From: Callorhinchus milii
Lineage: Eukaryota
Assembly (NCBI RefSeq): GCF_018977255.1
Contig: NW_024704743.1
Span: 11,782,001 to 11,846,000, forward strand
Direction of reading: 5' to 3'
DNA: 64,000 nucleotides
Positions 11,555 through 23,318 of the stretch are shown here, piece by piece. A program made the position numbers and the translations under genes. The notes beneath the pieces are model-generated. The model searched no databases. It was not told where the DNA came from and was given only the letters and a program-made list of their open reading frames with translations. Every line of letters begins with the position of its first letter. The first letter of the stretch is position 1.

Positions 11555-12168
11555 CCCGGACCCCCTTCCCGTCCCCGGACCCGCTTCCAAATCGCAGACC
11601 CGCTTCCCGACCCCGGATCCGCTTCCATATCCCAGACCCGCTTCCCGTCCCCGGAACCGCTTCTAAATCCCAGACCCGCTTCCCGTCCCCGGACCCACTT
11701 CCCGTCCCCGGACCCGCTTCCAAATCCCGGACCCGCTTCCCGTCCCCGGAACCGCTTCCAAATCCCGGACCCGCTTCCCGTCCCCGGACCCGCTTCCAAA
11801 TTCCGGACCCGCTTCCAAATCCCGGACCCGCTTCCCGTCGCCGGACCCGCTTCCAAATCCCAGACCCACTTCCAAATCCCGGACCCGCTTCCAAATCCTG
11901 GACCCGCTTCCAAATCCCGGACCCGCTTCCCGTCCCCGGACCCGCTTCCAAATTCCGGACCCGCTTCCAAATCCTGGACCCGCTTCCCGTCGCCGGACCC
12001 GCTTCCAAATCCCAGACCCACTTCCAAATCCCGGACCCGCTTCCAAATCCCGGACCCGCTTCCAAATCCCGGACCCACTTCCCGTCTGCTGACCCGCTTC
12101 CAGCTCCCGGACCCGCTAACAGCCCCTGGAAACGTTTCAAGCCTCTGGACCCGATTCCAGCCCCCAGA
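11555..12168 (-). repeat. Inverted 19-bp minisatellite (CCCGGACCCGCTTCCAAAT / CCCGGACCCGCTTCCCGTC)n
   Basis: Reverse complement shares the core GGAAGCGGGTCCGGG with the 5617-10220 array. Confidence 0.95.
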
Positions 12169-15100
12169 AGTGTGTGTATGTGTGAGTGTGTGTCAATGTG
12201 TGTGTGCGTCTGTGTGTGTGTAATTGTGTGTGTGAGTGTGTGTGTGAGTGTGTGAGAGTCTGAGTGTGTGAGTTTCTGTGAGTGTGTGTGTCTGTGAGAG
12301 TGTGTTTGTGTGTGAGTGAGTCAGTGTGTGTGTGAGTTTGTGTGTGTGTCAGTGTGTGTTTGCATCTATGAGTGTGTGAGTGTATGTGTGTATGAGTCTG
12401 TATGTGTGAGTTTGTGTGTGCGTGACTGTGTGCATTTGAGTGTGTGTGTGCGAGTCTGTGTGTGTGTCAATGTGTGTGTGAGTGTCTGTGTGTATGTGTT
12501 TGTGAGAGTGTGTGAGTCTGTGTGTGTCAGTGTGTGTTCGTCTACGTGTGTGAGTGTGTGTGTGAGGCTAAGAGTCTGTGTGTGTGATTGTGTGTATGTG
12601 TGAGTGTGTGTGTGTGTGCTTGTGCGAGTCTGTGTGTGTCAATGTGTGTGAGTGTGTGTGTGAGTTTGTGCATGTGTGAGTGTGTGTGTGTGCGTGTGCG
12701 AGTCTGTGTGTGTCAATGTGTGTGAGTGTGTGTGATTGGGTGTATGTGTGAGTGTGTGCGAGTCTGTGTGTGTGTGAGTGTGTGTGAGTGAGTGTGTGAG
12801 TGTGTGTGTCAATGTGTGTGTGAGTGTGTGTTTGTGAGTCTGTGTGTGTGAATGTGTGTGTGTGAGTATGTGTGTGGCAGTGTGTGCATGAGTGTGTTTG
12901 TCTGTGTGTGTGCATCTGTGAGTGTGTGTGTGTGTGTGTGAGTCTGTGCGTGTGAGTCTGTGTGTGAGTGTCTGTGTGTATGTGTATGAGTGAGTGTGTG
13001 TATTTGTGTGTGTGTCAGTGTGTGTTTGCATCTGTAAGTGTCTGTGTGTGTGTGAGTGTGTGAGTGAGTGTGTGTGCCAGTGTGTGTGTGCATCTGTGTG
13101 TGTGAGTGTGTGTGTGTGAGTCTGTGTGTGTGAGAGTCTGTGTGAGTTTGTGTGTGTGAGTGTGTGTATGTGTGTGTGTGTGTGTGAGTGTGTGTGTCAA
13201 TGTGTGTGTGTGTCTCTGTGTATGTGTGTGTGAGTCTGTGTGTGTGTGCGTCTGTGTGTGTGAGTATGTGTAAGGCTATGAATCTGTGTGTGTGTAATTG
13301 TGTGTGTGTGTGTGAGGCTGTGAATCTGCGTGTGAGAGTGTATGTGTGTATGAGTCAGTGTGTGTGAGTTTGTGTGTGCGTGAGTGTGAGTGTGCATGTG
13401 AGTGTGTGTGTGCGAGTCTGTTTGTGTGTGTGTCAATGTGTGTGTGAGTGTCTGTGTGTGTGTGTTTGTGAGAGTGTGTGAGTCTGTATGTGTGAGTCTG
13501 TGTGTGTCAGTGTGTGTTCGTCTATGTGTGTGAGTGTGTGTGTGTGTGTGAGGCTAAGAGTCTGTGTGTGTGTGATTGTGTGTGTGTGTGAGTCTGTGAG
13601 TGTATGTGTGTATGAGTGATGTGTGAGTATGTGAGTCTGCGTGTGTGTTTGTGTGTGTGTGAGTTTGTGTGTGTGAGTCTGTGTGTATGTGTGTGTCCGT
13701 GTGAGTATGTGTGTCTGTGCGTGTGTGGGTGAGTGTGTGTGTGTGAGTGTGTGTGTGAGGCTGTGAATCTGTGTGTGTGTGTGTGTGAGAGTGTGTGTGT
13801 GTGTCCATATGTGTGAGTCTGTGTGTGTGAGTCTGTGTGTGTGTGCATCTGTGTGTGTGAGTTTGTGTGTCAATGTGTGTGAGTGTCTGTGTGTGAGTGA
13901 GTGAGTGAGTGAGTGAGTGTGTGTGCGAGTTTGTGTGTGTGTCAGTGTGTGTTTGCATCTGTGTGTGTGAGCGTGTGTGAGTGTGTGTGAGCGTGTCTGT
14001 GTGAGTGTGAGTGTGTGTGTGTATGAGTGTGTGTGAGTATGTGTGTGTCTGTGAGTCTATGTGTGTGAGTGAGTGTGTGTGAGTGTGTGTTCGTCTGTGT
14101 GTGAGTGGGTGTGAGGCTATGAGTCTGTGTGTGTGTGTAATTGTGTGTGTGTGAGTGTGTGTGTGAGTGTGTGAGAGTCTGTGTGTGTGTGTTTGTGTGA
14201 GTGTGTGTGAGTGTGTGTGTATGAGTGTGTGTGTGTCAGTGTGTGCGTGTGTGAATGAGTGTGTTTGTCTGTGTGTGTGCATCTGTGAGTGTGTGTGTAT
14301 GAGTGTGTGTGTGTGTGCATCTGTGTGTGTGAGTGTGTGTGTGTGTAATTGTGTGTGTGTGAGTCTGTGTGTGTGTGTGTGTGTGTGTGTGAGTGTGTGT
14401 GTGTGAGTCTGTGTGTGTGAGAGTCTGTGTGAGTTTGTGTGTGTGTGAGTGTGTGTATGTGAGTGTGTGTGTGTGTGAGTGTGTGTGTCAATGTGTGTGT
14501 GAGTGTCTCTGTGTATGTGTGTGTGAGTCTCTGTGTGTGTGCGTCTGTGTGTGTGAGTACGTGTAAGGCTATGAATCTGTGTGTGTGTAATTGTGTGTGT
14601 GTGAGTGTGTGAGTCTGTGTGTGTGTGTGTGTGTCAGTGTGTGTTTGTCTATATGTGTGTGTTTGTGTGTGTGTGTGAGGCTAAGAGTCTGTGTGTGTGT
14701 GATTGTGTGTGTGTGTGAGTGTGTGAGTGTGTGTCAGTGTGTGTGCGTCCGTGTGTCTGAGTGTGTGTGTGTGAGGCTGTGAATCTGCGTGTGTGAGTGT
14801 GTGTGTGTGTGTGTGTGAGTGTATGTGTGTATGAGTCTGTGTGTGTGAGTTTGTGTGTGCGTGAGTGTGTGCATGTGAGTATGTGTGTGCGAGTCTGTTT
14901 GTGTGTGTGTCAATGTGTGTGTGTGTCTGTGTGTGTGTTTGTGAGAGTGTGTGAGTCTGTATGTGTGAGTCTGTGTGTGTCAGTGTGTGTTCGTCTATGT
15001 GTGTGAGTGTGTATGTGTGTGTGTGTGAGGCTAAGAGTCTGTGTGTGTGTGATTGTGTGTGTGTGTGAGTCTGTGAGTGTGTGTGTGTGAGTGATGTGTG

Positions 15101-15345
15101 AGTATGTGAGTCTGCGTGTGTGTTTGTGTGTGTGTGAGTTTGTGTGTGTGAGTCTATGCGTGTGAGTCTGTGTGTGAGTGTCTGTGTGTATGTGTATGAG
15201 TGAGTGTGTGTATTTGTGTGTGTGTCAGTGTGTGTTTGCATCTGTAAGTGTCTGTGTGTGTGTGAGTGTGTGAGTGAGTGTGTGTGCCAGTGTGTGTGTG
15301 CATCTGTGTGTGTGAGTGTGTGTGTGTGTAATTGTGTGTGTGTGA

Positions 15346-15376
<31 letters not shown>

Positions 15377-18300
15377 AGTGTGTGTGTGTGAGTCTGTGTG
15401 TGTGAGAGTCTGTGTGAGTTTGTGTGTGTGAGTGTGTGTATGTGTGTGTGTGTGTGTGAGTGTGTGTGTCAATGTGTGTGTGTGTCTCTGTGTATGTGTG
15501 TGTGAGTCTGTGTGTGTGTGCGTCTGTGTGTGTGAGTATGTGTAAGGCTATGAATCTGTGTGTGTGTAATTGTGTGTGTGTGTGTGAGGCTGTGAATCTG
15601 CGTGTGAGAGTGTATGTGTGTATGAGTCAGTGTGTGTGAGTTTGTGTGTGCGTGAGTGTGAGTGTGCATGTGAGTGTGTGTGTGCGAGTCTGTTTGTGTG
15701 TGTGTCAATGTGTGTGTGAGTGTCTGTGTGTGTGTGTTTGTGAGAGTGTGTGAGTCTGTATGTGTGAGTCTGTGTGTGTCAGTGTGTGTTCGTCTATGTG
15801 TGTGAGTGTGTGTGTGTGTGAGGCTAAGAGTCTGTGTGTGTGTGATTGTGTGTGTGTGTGAGTCTGTGAGTGTATGTGTGTATGAGTGATGTGTGAGTAT
15901 GTGAGTCTGCGTGTGTGTTTGTGTGTGTGTGAGTTTGTGTGTGTGAGTCTGTGTGTATGTGTGTGTCAGTGTGAGTATGTGTGTCTGTGCGTGTGTGGGT
16001 GAGTGTGTGTGTGTGAGTGTGTGTGTGAGGCTGTGAATCTGTGTGTGTGTGTGTGTGAGAGTGTGTGTGTGTGTCCATATGTGTGAGTCTGTGTGTGTGA
16101 GTCTGTGTGTGTGTGCATCTGTGTGTGTGAGTGTGTGTGTCAATGTGTGTGAGTGTCTGTGTGTGAGTGAGTGAGTGAGTGAGTGAGTGTGTGTGCGAGT
16201 TTGTGTGTGTGTCAGTGTGTGTTTGCATCTGTGTGTGTGAGCGTGTGTGAGTGTGTGTGAGCGTGTCTGTGTGAGTGTGAGTGTGTGTGTGTATGAGTGT
16301 GTGTGAGTATGTGTGTGTCTGTGAGTCTATGTGTGTGAGTGAGTGTGTGTGAGTGTGTGTTCGTCTGTGTGTGAGTGGGTGTGAGGCGATGAGTCTGTGT
16401 GTGTGTGTAATTGTGTGTGTGTGAGTGTGTGTGTGAGTGTGTGAGAGTCTGTGTGTGTGTGTTTGTGTGAGTGTGTGTGAGTGTGTGTGTATGAGTGTGT
16501 GTGTGTCAGTGTGTGCGTGTGTGAATGAGTGTGTTTGTCTGTGTGTGTGCATCTGTGAGTGTGTGTATATGAGTGTGTGTGTGTGTGCATCTGTGTGTGT
16601 GAGTGTGTGTGTGTGTAATTGTGTGTGTGTGAGTCTGTGTGTGTGTGTGTGTGTGTGTGTGAGTGTGTGTGTGTGAGTCTGTGTGTGTGAGAGTCTGTGT
16701 GAGTTTGTGTGTGTGTGAGTGTGTGTATGTGAGTGTGTGTGTGTGTGAGTGTGTGTGTCAATGTGTGTGTGAGTGTCTCTGTGTATGTGTGTGTGAGTCT
16801 CTGTGTGTGTGCGTCTGTGTGTGTGAGTACGTGTAAGGCTATGAATCTGTGTGTGTGTAATTGTGTGTGTGTGAGTGTGTGAGTCTGTGTGTGTGTGTGT
16901 GTGTGTGTGTGTCAGTGTGTGTTTGTCTATATGTGTGTGTTTGTGTGTGTGTGTGAGGCTAAGAGTCTGTGTGTGTGTGATTGTGTGTGTGTGTGAGTGT
17001 GTGAGTGTGTGTCAGTGTGTGTGTGCGTCCGTGTGTCTGAGTGTGTGTGTGTGAGGCTGTGAATCTGCGTGTGTGAGTGTGTGTGTGTGTGTGTGTGAGT
17101 GTATGTGTGTATGAGTCTGTGTGTGTGAGTTTGTGTGTGCGTGAGTGTGTGCATGTGAGTATGTGTGTGCGAGTCTGTTTGTGTGTGTGTCAATGTGTGT
17201 GTGTGTCTGTGTGTGTGTTTGTGAGAGTGTGTGAGTCTGTATGTGTGAGTCTGTGTGTGTCAGTGTGTGTTCGTCTATGTGTGTGAGTGTGTATGTGTGT
17301 GTGTGTGAGGCTAAGAGTCTGTGTGTGTGTGATTGTGTGTGTGTGTGAGTCTGTGAGTGTGTGTGTGTGAGTGATGTGTGAGTATGTGAGTCTGCGTGTG
17401 TGTTTGTGTGTGTGTGAGTTTGTGTGTGTGAGTCTGTGTGTATGTGTGTGTCAGTGTGAGTATGTGTGTCTGTGCGTGTGTGGGTGAGTGTGTGTGTGAG
17501 TGTGTGTGTGAGGCTGTGAATCTGTGTGTGTGTGTGAGTGAGTGTGTGAGTGTGTGTGTGTGTCCATATGTGTGAGTCTGTGTGTGTGAGTCTGTGTGTG
17601 TGTGCATCTGTGTGTGTGAGTGTGTGTGTCAATGTGTGTGTGAGTGTCTGTGTGTATGTGTGTGTGAGTGTGTGAGTCTGTGTGTGTGAGGCTGTGAGTC
17701 TGTGTGTGTGAGTGTCTGTGTGTGAGTGAGTGAGTGAGTGTGTGTGCGAGTTTGTGTGTGTGTCAGTGTGTGTTTGCATCTGTAAGTGTGTGTGTCAGTG
17801 TGTGCGTGCGTCTGTGTGTGTGAGTGTGTGTGTGTCAGTGTGTGTGTGCATCTGTGTGTGTGAGCGTGTGTGAGTGTGTGTGAGCGTGTCTGTGTGAGTG
17901 TGAGTGTGTGTGTGTATGAGTGTGTGTGAGTGTGTGTGTGTCTGTGAGTCTATGTGTGTGAGTGAGTGTGTGTGAGTGTGTGTTCGTCTGTGTGTGAGTG
18001 GGTGTGAGGCTATGAGTCTGTGTGTGTGTGTAATTGTGTGTGTGTGAGTGTGTGTGTGAGTGTGTGAGAGTCTGTGTGTGTGTGTTTGTGTGAGTGTGTG
18101 TGAGTGTGTGTGTATGAGTGTGTGTGTGCATCTGTGTGTGTGAGTGTGTGAGAGTCTGTGTGTGTGTGAGTTTGTGTGAGTGTGTGTGAGTGTGTGAGTG
18201 TGTGTGTATGAGTGTGTGTGTGTCAGTGTGTGCGTGTGTGAATGAGTGTGTTTGTCTGTGTGTGTGCATCTGTGAGTGTGTGTGTATGAGTGTGTGTGAG

Positions 18301-19192
18301 TGTGTGTGTGTCTGTGAGTCTGTGTGTGTGAGTGAGTGTGTGTGTCTGTCAGTGTGTGTCAGTGTGTGTGTGCATCTGTGTGTGTGAGCGTGTGTGAGTG
18401 TGTGTGAGCGTGTCTGTGTGTGTATGAGTGTGTGTGTATGAGTCTGTTCGTGTGAGTGTGTGTGTGTGACCGTCTGTGTGTATGTGTGAGTGTCTGTGTG
18501 TGAGTCTGTGTGTGTGTGAGTTTGTGTGTATGTCAGTGTGTGTGTGTGTGAGTGTGTGTTCGTGTGTGTGTGAGTAGGTGTGAGGCTATGAGTCTGTGTG
18601 TGTGTAATTGTGTGTGTGTGAGTGTGTGTGTGAGTGTGTGAGTCGGTGTGTGTGTGAGTGTATGTGTGTGTCTGTGAGTCTGTGTGTGTGAGTGAGTGTG
18701 TGTGAGTTTGTGTGAATGTGTATGATTCTGTGAGTGTGTGTCTATATGAGTGTGAGTGTGTGTGTGTCTGTGAGTCTGTTTGTGTGTGTGAGTGTGTGTG
18801 AGTGTGTGAGTCTGCGTGTGTGTTTGTGTGTGTGTGAGTTTGTGTGTGTGAGTCCATGTGTATGTGTGTGTCAGTGTGAGTGTGTTTCTGTGTGTGAGTG
18901 TGTGTGTGTCAGTATGTGTGCGTCTGTGTGTGTGAGTGTGCGTGAGTGTTTGTGTGAGGCTATTAGTCTGTGTGTGTGTAATTGTGTGTGTGTGAGTGTG
19001 TGAGTCTGTGTGTGTGTGTCAGTGTGTGCATGTGTGAATGAGTGTGTTTGTCTGTGTGTGAGTCTGTGTGTGTGTGAGTCTGTGCGTGTGTGAGTGTGTG
19101 TGTGAATCTGTCTGTGTGTGTCAGTGTGTGTGTGCGTCTGTGTGTGTGAGTATGTGTGTGTGTGTGAGGCTGTGAGTCTGTGTGTGTGAGTG
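12169..19192. repeat. Complex (TG)n-derived satellite with about 2270-bp higher-order repeat
   Basis: Marker gtgtccatatgtgtgagtct at 13801 and 16071; two near-identical 242-aa pseudo-ORFs offset by 2270. Confidence 0.97.
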
Positions 19193-21318
19193 TACACCTT
19201 CGTACCCGTTTCCCCACCTTCTGTCACCAAACTCATCCTCTCCCTGAAACCCACCACCTGCTCCCTTGACCCCATCCCCACTCCACTCCTTATCTCCCAG
19301 CTCCACCTCCTTGCCCCACATATCACAGACATCGTCAACCTGTCCCTCTCCTCTGGCTCTGTTCCCATTCCCTTAAAAACTGCCACCATCACTCCCACCT
19401 TAAAAAAACCCTCCCTTGATGTGTCGCAGCTATCACACTACCGGCCCATCTCCAACCTCCCCTTCCTGTCCAAGGTCCTGGAACGAGTTGTCGCCTCCCA
19501 GCTGCGCTCTTTCCTCTCCAACCATTCACTATTCGAACCCCTTCAGTCGGGTTTCCGTGCTGCCCATAGCACAGAAACTGCCCTGGTCAAGGTCACCAAT
19601 GACATCTTGACCATCTGCGACCAGGGCTCCCTCTGCCTCCTCGTCCTCCTCGACCTATCGGTCGCATTCGATACGGTCGACCACTCTATCCTCCTCCACC
19701 ACTTGTCCTCCCACCTCAACCTTCAAGGCCCTGTCCTTGAGTGGTTTAGGTCGTACCTCTCCCACCGTCTTCACTTTGTTTCCACAAACAGCTTTTTCTC
19801 CAGCCCCCGCACTGTCTTGTGCTGTGTCCCTCAGGGCTCTGTCCTCGGTCCCCTCCTCTTCACCCTCTAACTTAACTTCCAGATGTATGCGGATGACACC
19901 CAACTCTACCTTTCCTCCTCTACCCTCAACTCCACGACCACCGATGTCCTGACAGCCTGACTGTCCGACATCGAGTCCTGGACGAGAGACAACTTTCTTC
20001 AGCTCAATGTGCACAAAACTGAGGCCCTCCTGATTGGCTCACGTCAGCGCCTCCGCACCTCAGGCGCTGACAGCATCAGCCTCCAAGGCTGCACTCTCCA
20101 CCTCTCAAAGCCACTCAGGAACCTCGGGGTTCTGTTCGACCCTGAGCTGTCCTTTCTCCCTCATATCCGCACCACAACTGGCACCGCCTTCCATCACCTC
20201 CGGAATATCGCCAGACTACGGCACTACCTCACCCCTCACGCGGCTGAAACCCTGGTTCACGCCTTTGTCACCTCAAGGCTGGACTATGGGAACTCTCTCC
20301 TCGCCGGCCTTCCCGGCACCTCCCTCCACAAGCTGCAGGTCATTCAGAACTCTGCAGCTCGTGTACTGTCCCGCACCAGGCTTCGGGACCACATCACTCC
20401 CACCCTCGCTCGCCTCCACTGGCTCCCCATCCCCCAGAGGATCGAATTCAAGATCCTCACCCTCACCTACAAGGCCATTCACGGCCTTGCTCCCCCCTAC
20501 CTCTCCGACCTACTATCCCCCTACCTACCTGCCCGTACCCTCTGTTCCTCCGGCTCCGGTCTGCTCCACGTCCCCCGCCCCAACTGCCCTACCATCGGTG
20601 GCCGGGCCTTCAGCCTCTCAGCCCCGAGGCTCTGGAACTCTATCCCCCAGTGCCTTCGCCGCCTCCTCCCTTTCCTCCTTCAAGGCCGGTCTCAAGACCT
20701 TTCTCTTTGACCGTGCCTTCAGCTCCCATCTCGACTCTCTACCCCCTCCTCGCTCCTTCCCTTCCCTCCCCTCACCCTGACCATTTCCCCCCTCCTCGCT
20801 CCCTCCCTTCCCTCCCTCACCCTGACCATTTCCCCCCTCCTCGCTCCCTCCCTTCCCTCCCTCACCCTGACCATTTCCCCCCTCCTCACTCCCTCCCTTC
20901 CCTCCCCTCACCCTGACCATTTCCCCCCTCCTCACTCCCTCCCTTCCCTCCCCTCACCCTGACCATTTCCCCCCTCCTCGCTCCCTCCCTTCCCTCCCCT
21001 CCCCCTGACCATTTCCCCCCTCCTCGCTCCCTCCCTTCCCTCCCCTCCCCCTGACCATTTCCCCCCTCCTCGCTCCCTCCTTCCCTCCCCTCACCCTGAC
21101 CATTTCCCCCCTCCTCGCTCCCTCCCTTCCCTCCCCTCACCCTGACCATTTCCCCCCTGCTCGGGTCCTGACCCAACTGTACAACCACTCAACTGGGACG
21201 TCCTCCTGACGTGAAAGGCGCTTTTTAAATGGAATCTTGTTGTTGTTGTTGTTGTACAGCGCCTTGGGACTTCCTCCTGACATGAAAGGTGCTCTATAAA
21301 ATCTTGTTGTTGTTGTTG
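19191..21318 (+). mobile_element. Young L2 LINE, 5'-truncated and disrupted (RT domain, 3'UTR VNTR, doubled 3' end)
   Basis: [51 protein letters not shown]. About 35-bp deletion before YADD relative to the 42.4-kb copy; (TTG)n tail. Confidence 0.95.
20745..21157 (+). repeat. 45-46-bp C-rich VNTR in L2 3'UTR, 9 units
   Basis: ccctgaccattt at 20775, 20820, 20865, 20911, 20957, 21003, 21049, 21094, 21140. Confidence 0.95.
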
Positions 21319-23020
21319 GGCTCACTGCCTCTTTTGTGGTTTAAGCTTGTATAGTTCTAAGTATTGTATGTAGACTGCAAATTGCAACCCCAAAAACTAT
21401 TTGGGGCTGCAACCCCAAAAAAAAAAACTATTTTTAAAAAATATATAAATCCATTCACTGTTGTGAAGCAGGGTCCTCCATTTTGAACTCTAAACCATGT
21501 TTAGAGTCCACAAGCTCTGTCCTTGTGGTAAGGAAACTTGCCAAGATGGGAGCCGTTGATCTACAGTGGATCAATCGCTGCCCAGGCAGTGACAGCGCTC
21601 GCTTTTCTCAATCTCAGACTTGCTTTGGCTCAAAGAAGCCACTTTTATGTACTTTAATGTGGAAGAGAGAGAAGGCGGGGGAACCTCTTCCTTTTTAGGA
21701 TCAATCAGGCATTATAATGTCTCCTAAATGAAGGTATTCAGTTGCCTCCATGTAACTATGGGGACGGCCCAGGCCGGCTGTATCCGGCCTGCACAGGATC
21801 AGGAAGTTGCTGGGGCTGTTCCAAGCACCAGGCAAAATCTGGCACTGGAGGAGGGGGAAACAGGGATAGGCCGGAGGGGGCTGGGGGAGAAGAAGGGGTG
21901 GGAGGGAGTTACCTGATAGTACTCATCCATCACTTGCTGCCATTTGCTATTCTAATGCAAAATAATCAAAAAGTTATAACTTAAATTTGACATTATACCT
22001 ATGCTGTCAACATGTCTCTCAAAGAGCTTCAGTCATAGGCAAACGTGGCAGCCAATTTGCACACAGTGATGTCCCACAGCCAGCCATGAAGTGAGTGACC
22101 AATTGTATTGGGGTGACTGGTGGCCAAGGAACAGGGAAAAATTCCCTTTTGAAATTCTTTTTGAACGGTGTTCAACGTCCCTCTGAACAGACAAACTGGA
22201 CCCAGGTTCAGAATCTAATCCGCAGCCCCCCAGGCACTGGACTGCAGCGATAAACTGGATTATGTAGAATTCATATTTCCTTATGTAACCTTGGCTCAGT
22301 CCTTAACGCTGCCATCTGTCTGTGTTAGACAGGTATGGGTCCAAGCATCATTTGGGAACTTTGATCTTATTCTCTAGGTTAATGCTCGAATGTGCTATAT
22401 CAAGTGCAAGGATTATTATCCTAAGTAAACAATATCTCCCAATGATCTGGCCAATAATCCTCGAGGCTATTGTGGGACCTTCCTTTCAGCCAAATTTGCA
22501 TACAAAACCAGTCCATATGTCTGACAATAATTACCATGAATCGCTATGAGAATTTTCAATGTGACAAGGAACTATAAAACACAAGTTGATTCTCGCAGTC
22601 GTGAAGTCACACCTTTTCCTTTTGGACAATGGGCTATCTGCCACATGCTGAAATACCATATCACTTTGCATAAGAGTATCTAAACCACAGTAAAAATTCC
22701 ACAAATGTATGTTTGAAAATATGTTGCACAACACCTGATTTTGGCTACTGTGGTAATCTACCCCCAGACTGTGTGATCCACATATCGTTTGGCACCTACA
22801 GATGGAAATTTCCTTGTGTTTGGAATGAAATGTACATCCTTTCTCCCTGAAGGGATGCACATAACTAATTTCAGAATGTATTAGGTTGCGTTGGGGTCAC
22901 TGCTGAGTTTAAATGACTAAAAAACAGACAGGTTTGTGTGGTTAAGTTCAAAGTTACATTTATCGTCCAACAGAAAAGGTATTTAGAATGTACTTAAATA
23001 TGATCAATAGATCCACGTGT

Positions 23021-23318
23021 CAGCCTGGTTCATTTGGTATCACTCTCGTCAGATGCAGCGTCCTTTAGATCAGATGTTAAACCGCAGTCCCATCTGCCTG
23101 TCCAGGTGGACGTTAAAGATCCCATGGCACTATTCAAAAAGAGAAGGGAGTTTCTCCTGGTGTCCTTGTCAACAATCCCCCAAATAAAAATGGGTCATTC
23201 ACTTCATGGCTGTGTGCAAATTGTCTGCCATGCTTGCCCACAAAAAATACACACTCACACCACTTTACATTGAAGCGCTTTGAGATGTCTCAATGAGGTG
23301 ATAGGGTGCTATATCAAT
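23021..23318 (+). mobile_element. Deu-domain SINE
   Basis: gatgttaaaccgcagtcccatctgcctgtccaggtggacgttaaagatcccatggcactattc with an L2-like tail. Confidence 0.8.

Noticed and set aside
5529..12140. Long Pro- or Gly/Trp-rich ORFs (up to 453 aa)
   Set aside because: The 19-bp unit has no stop codon in any frame; overlapping ORFs on both strands with 19-aa periodicity are artefacts.
5617..12168. CRISPR-like array
   Set aside because: Contiguous tandem units without unique spacers; eukaryotic context; no cas genes.
12316..19217. His/Thr-rich and Cys/Val-rich ORFs
   Set aside because: Translations of (CA)n/(TG)n satellite.
19190..20710. Active autonomous L2
   Set aside because: 5'-truncated, with a deletion and stop before YADD and further frameshifts.
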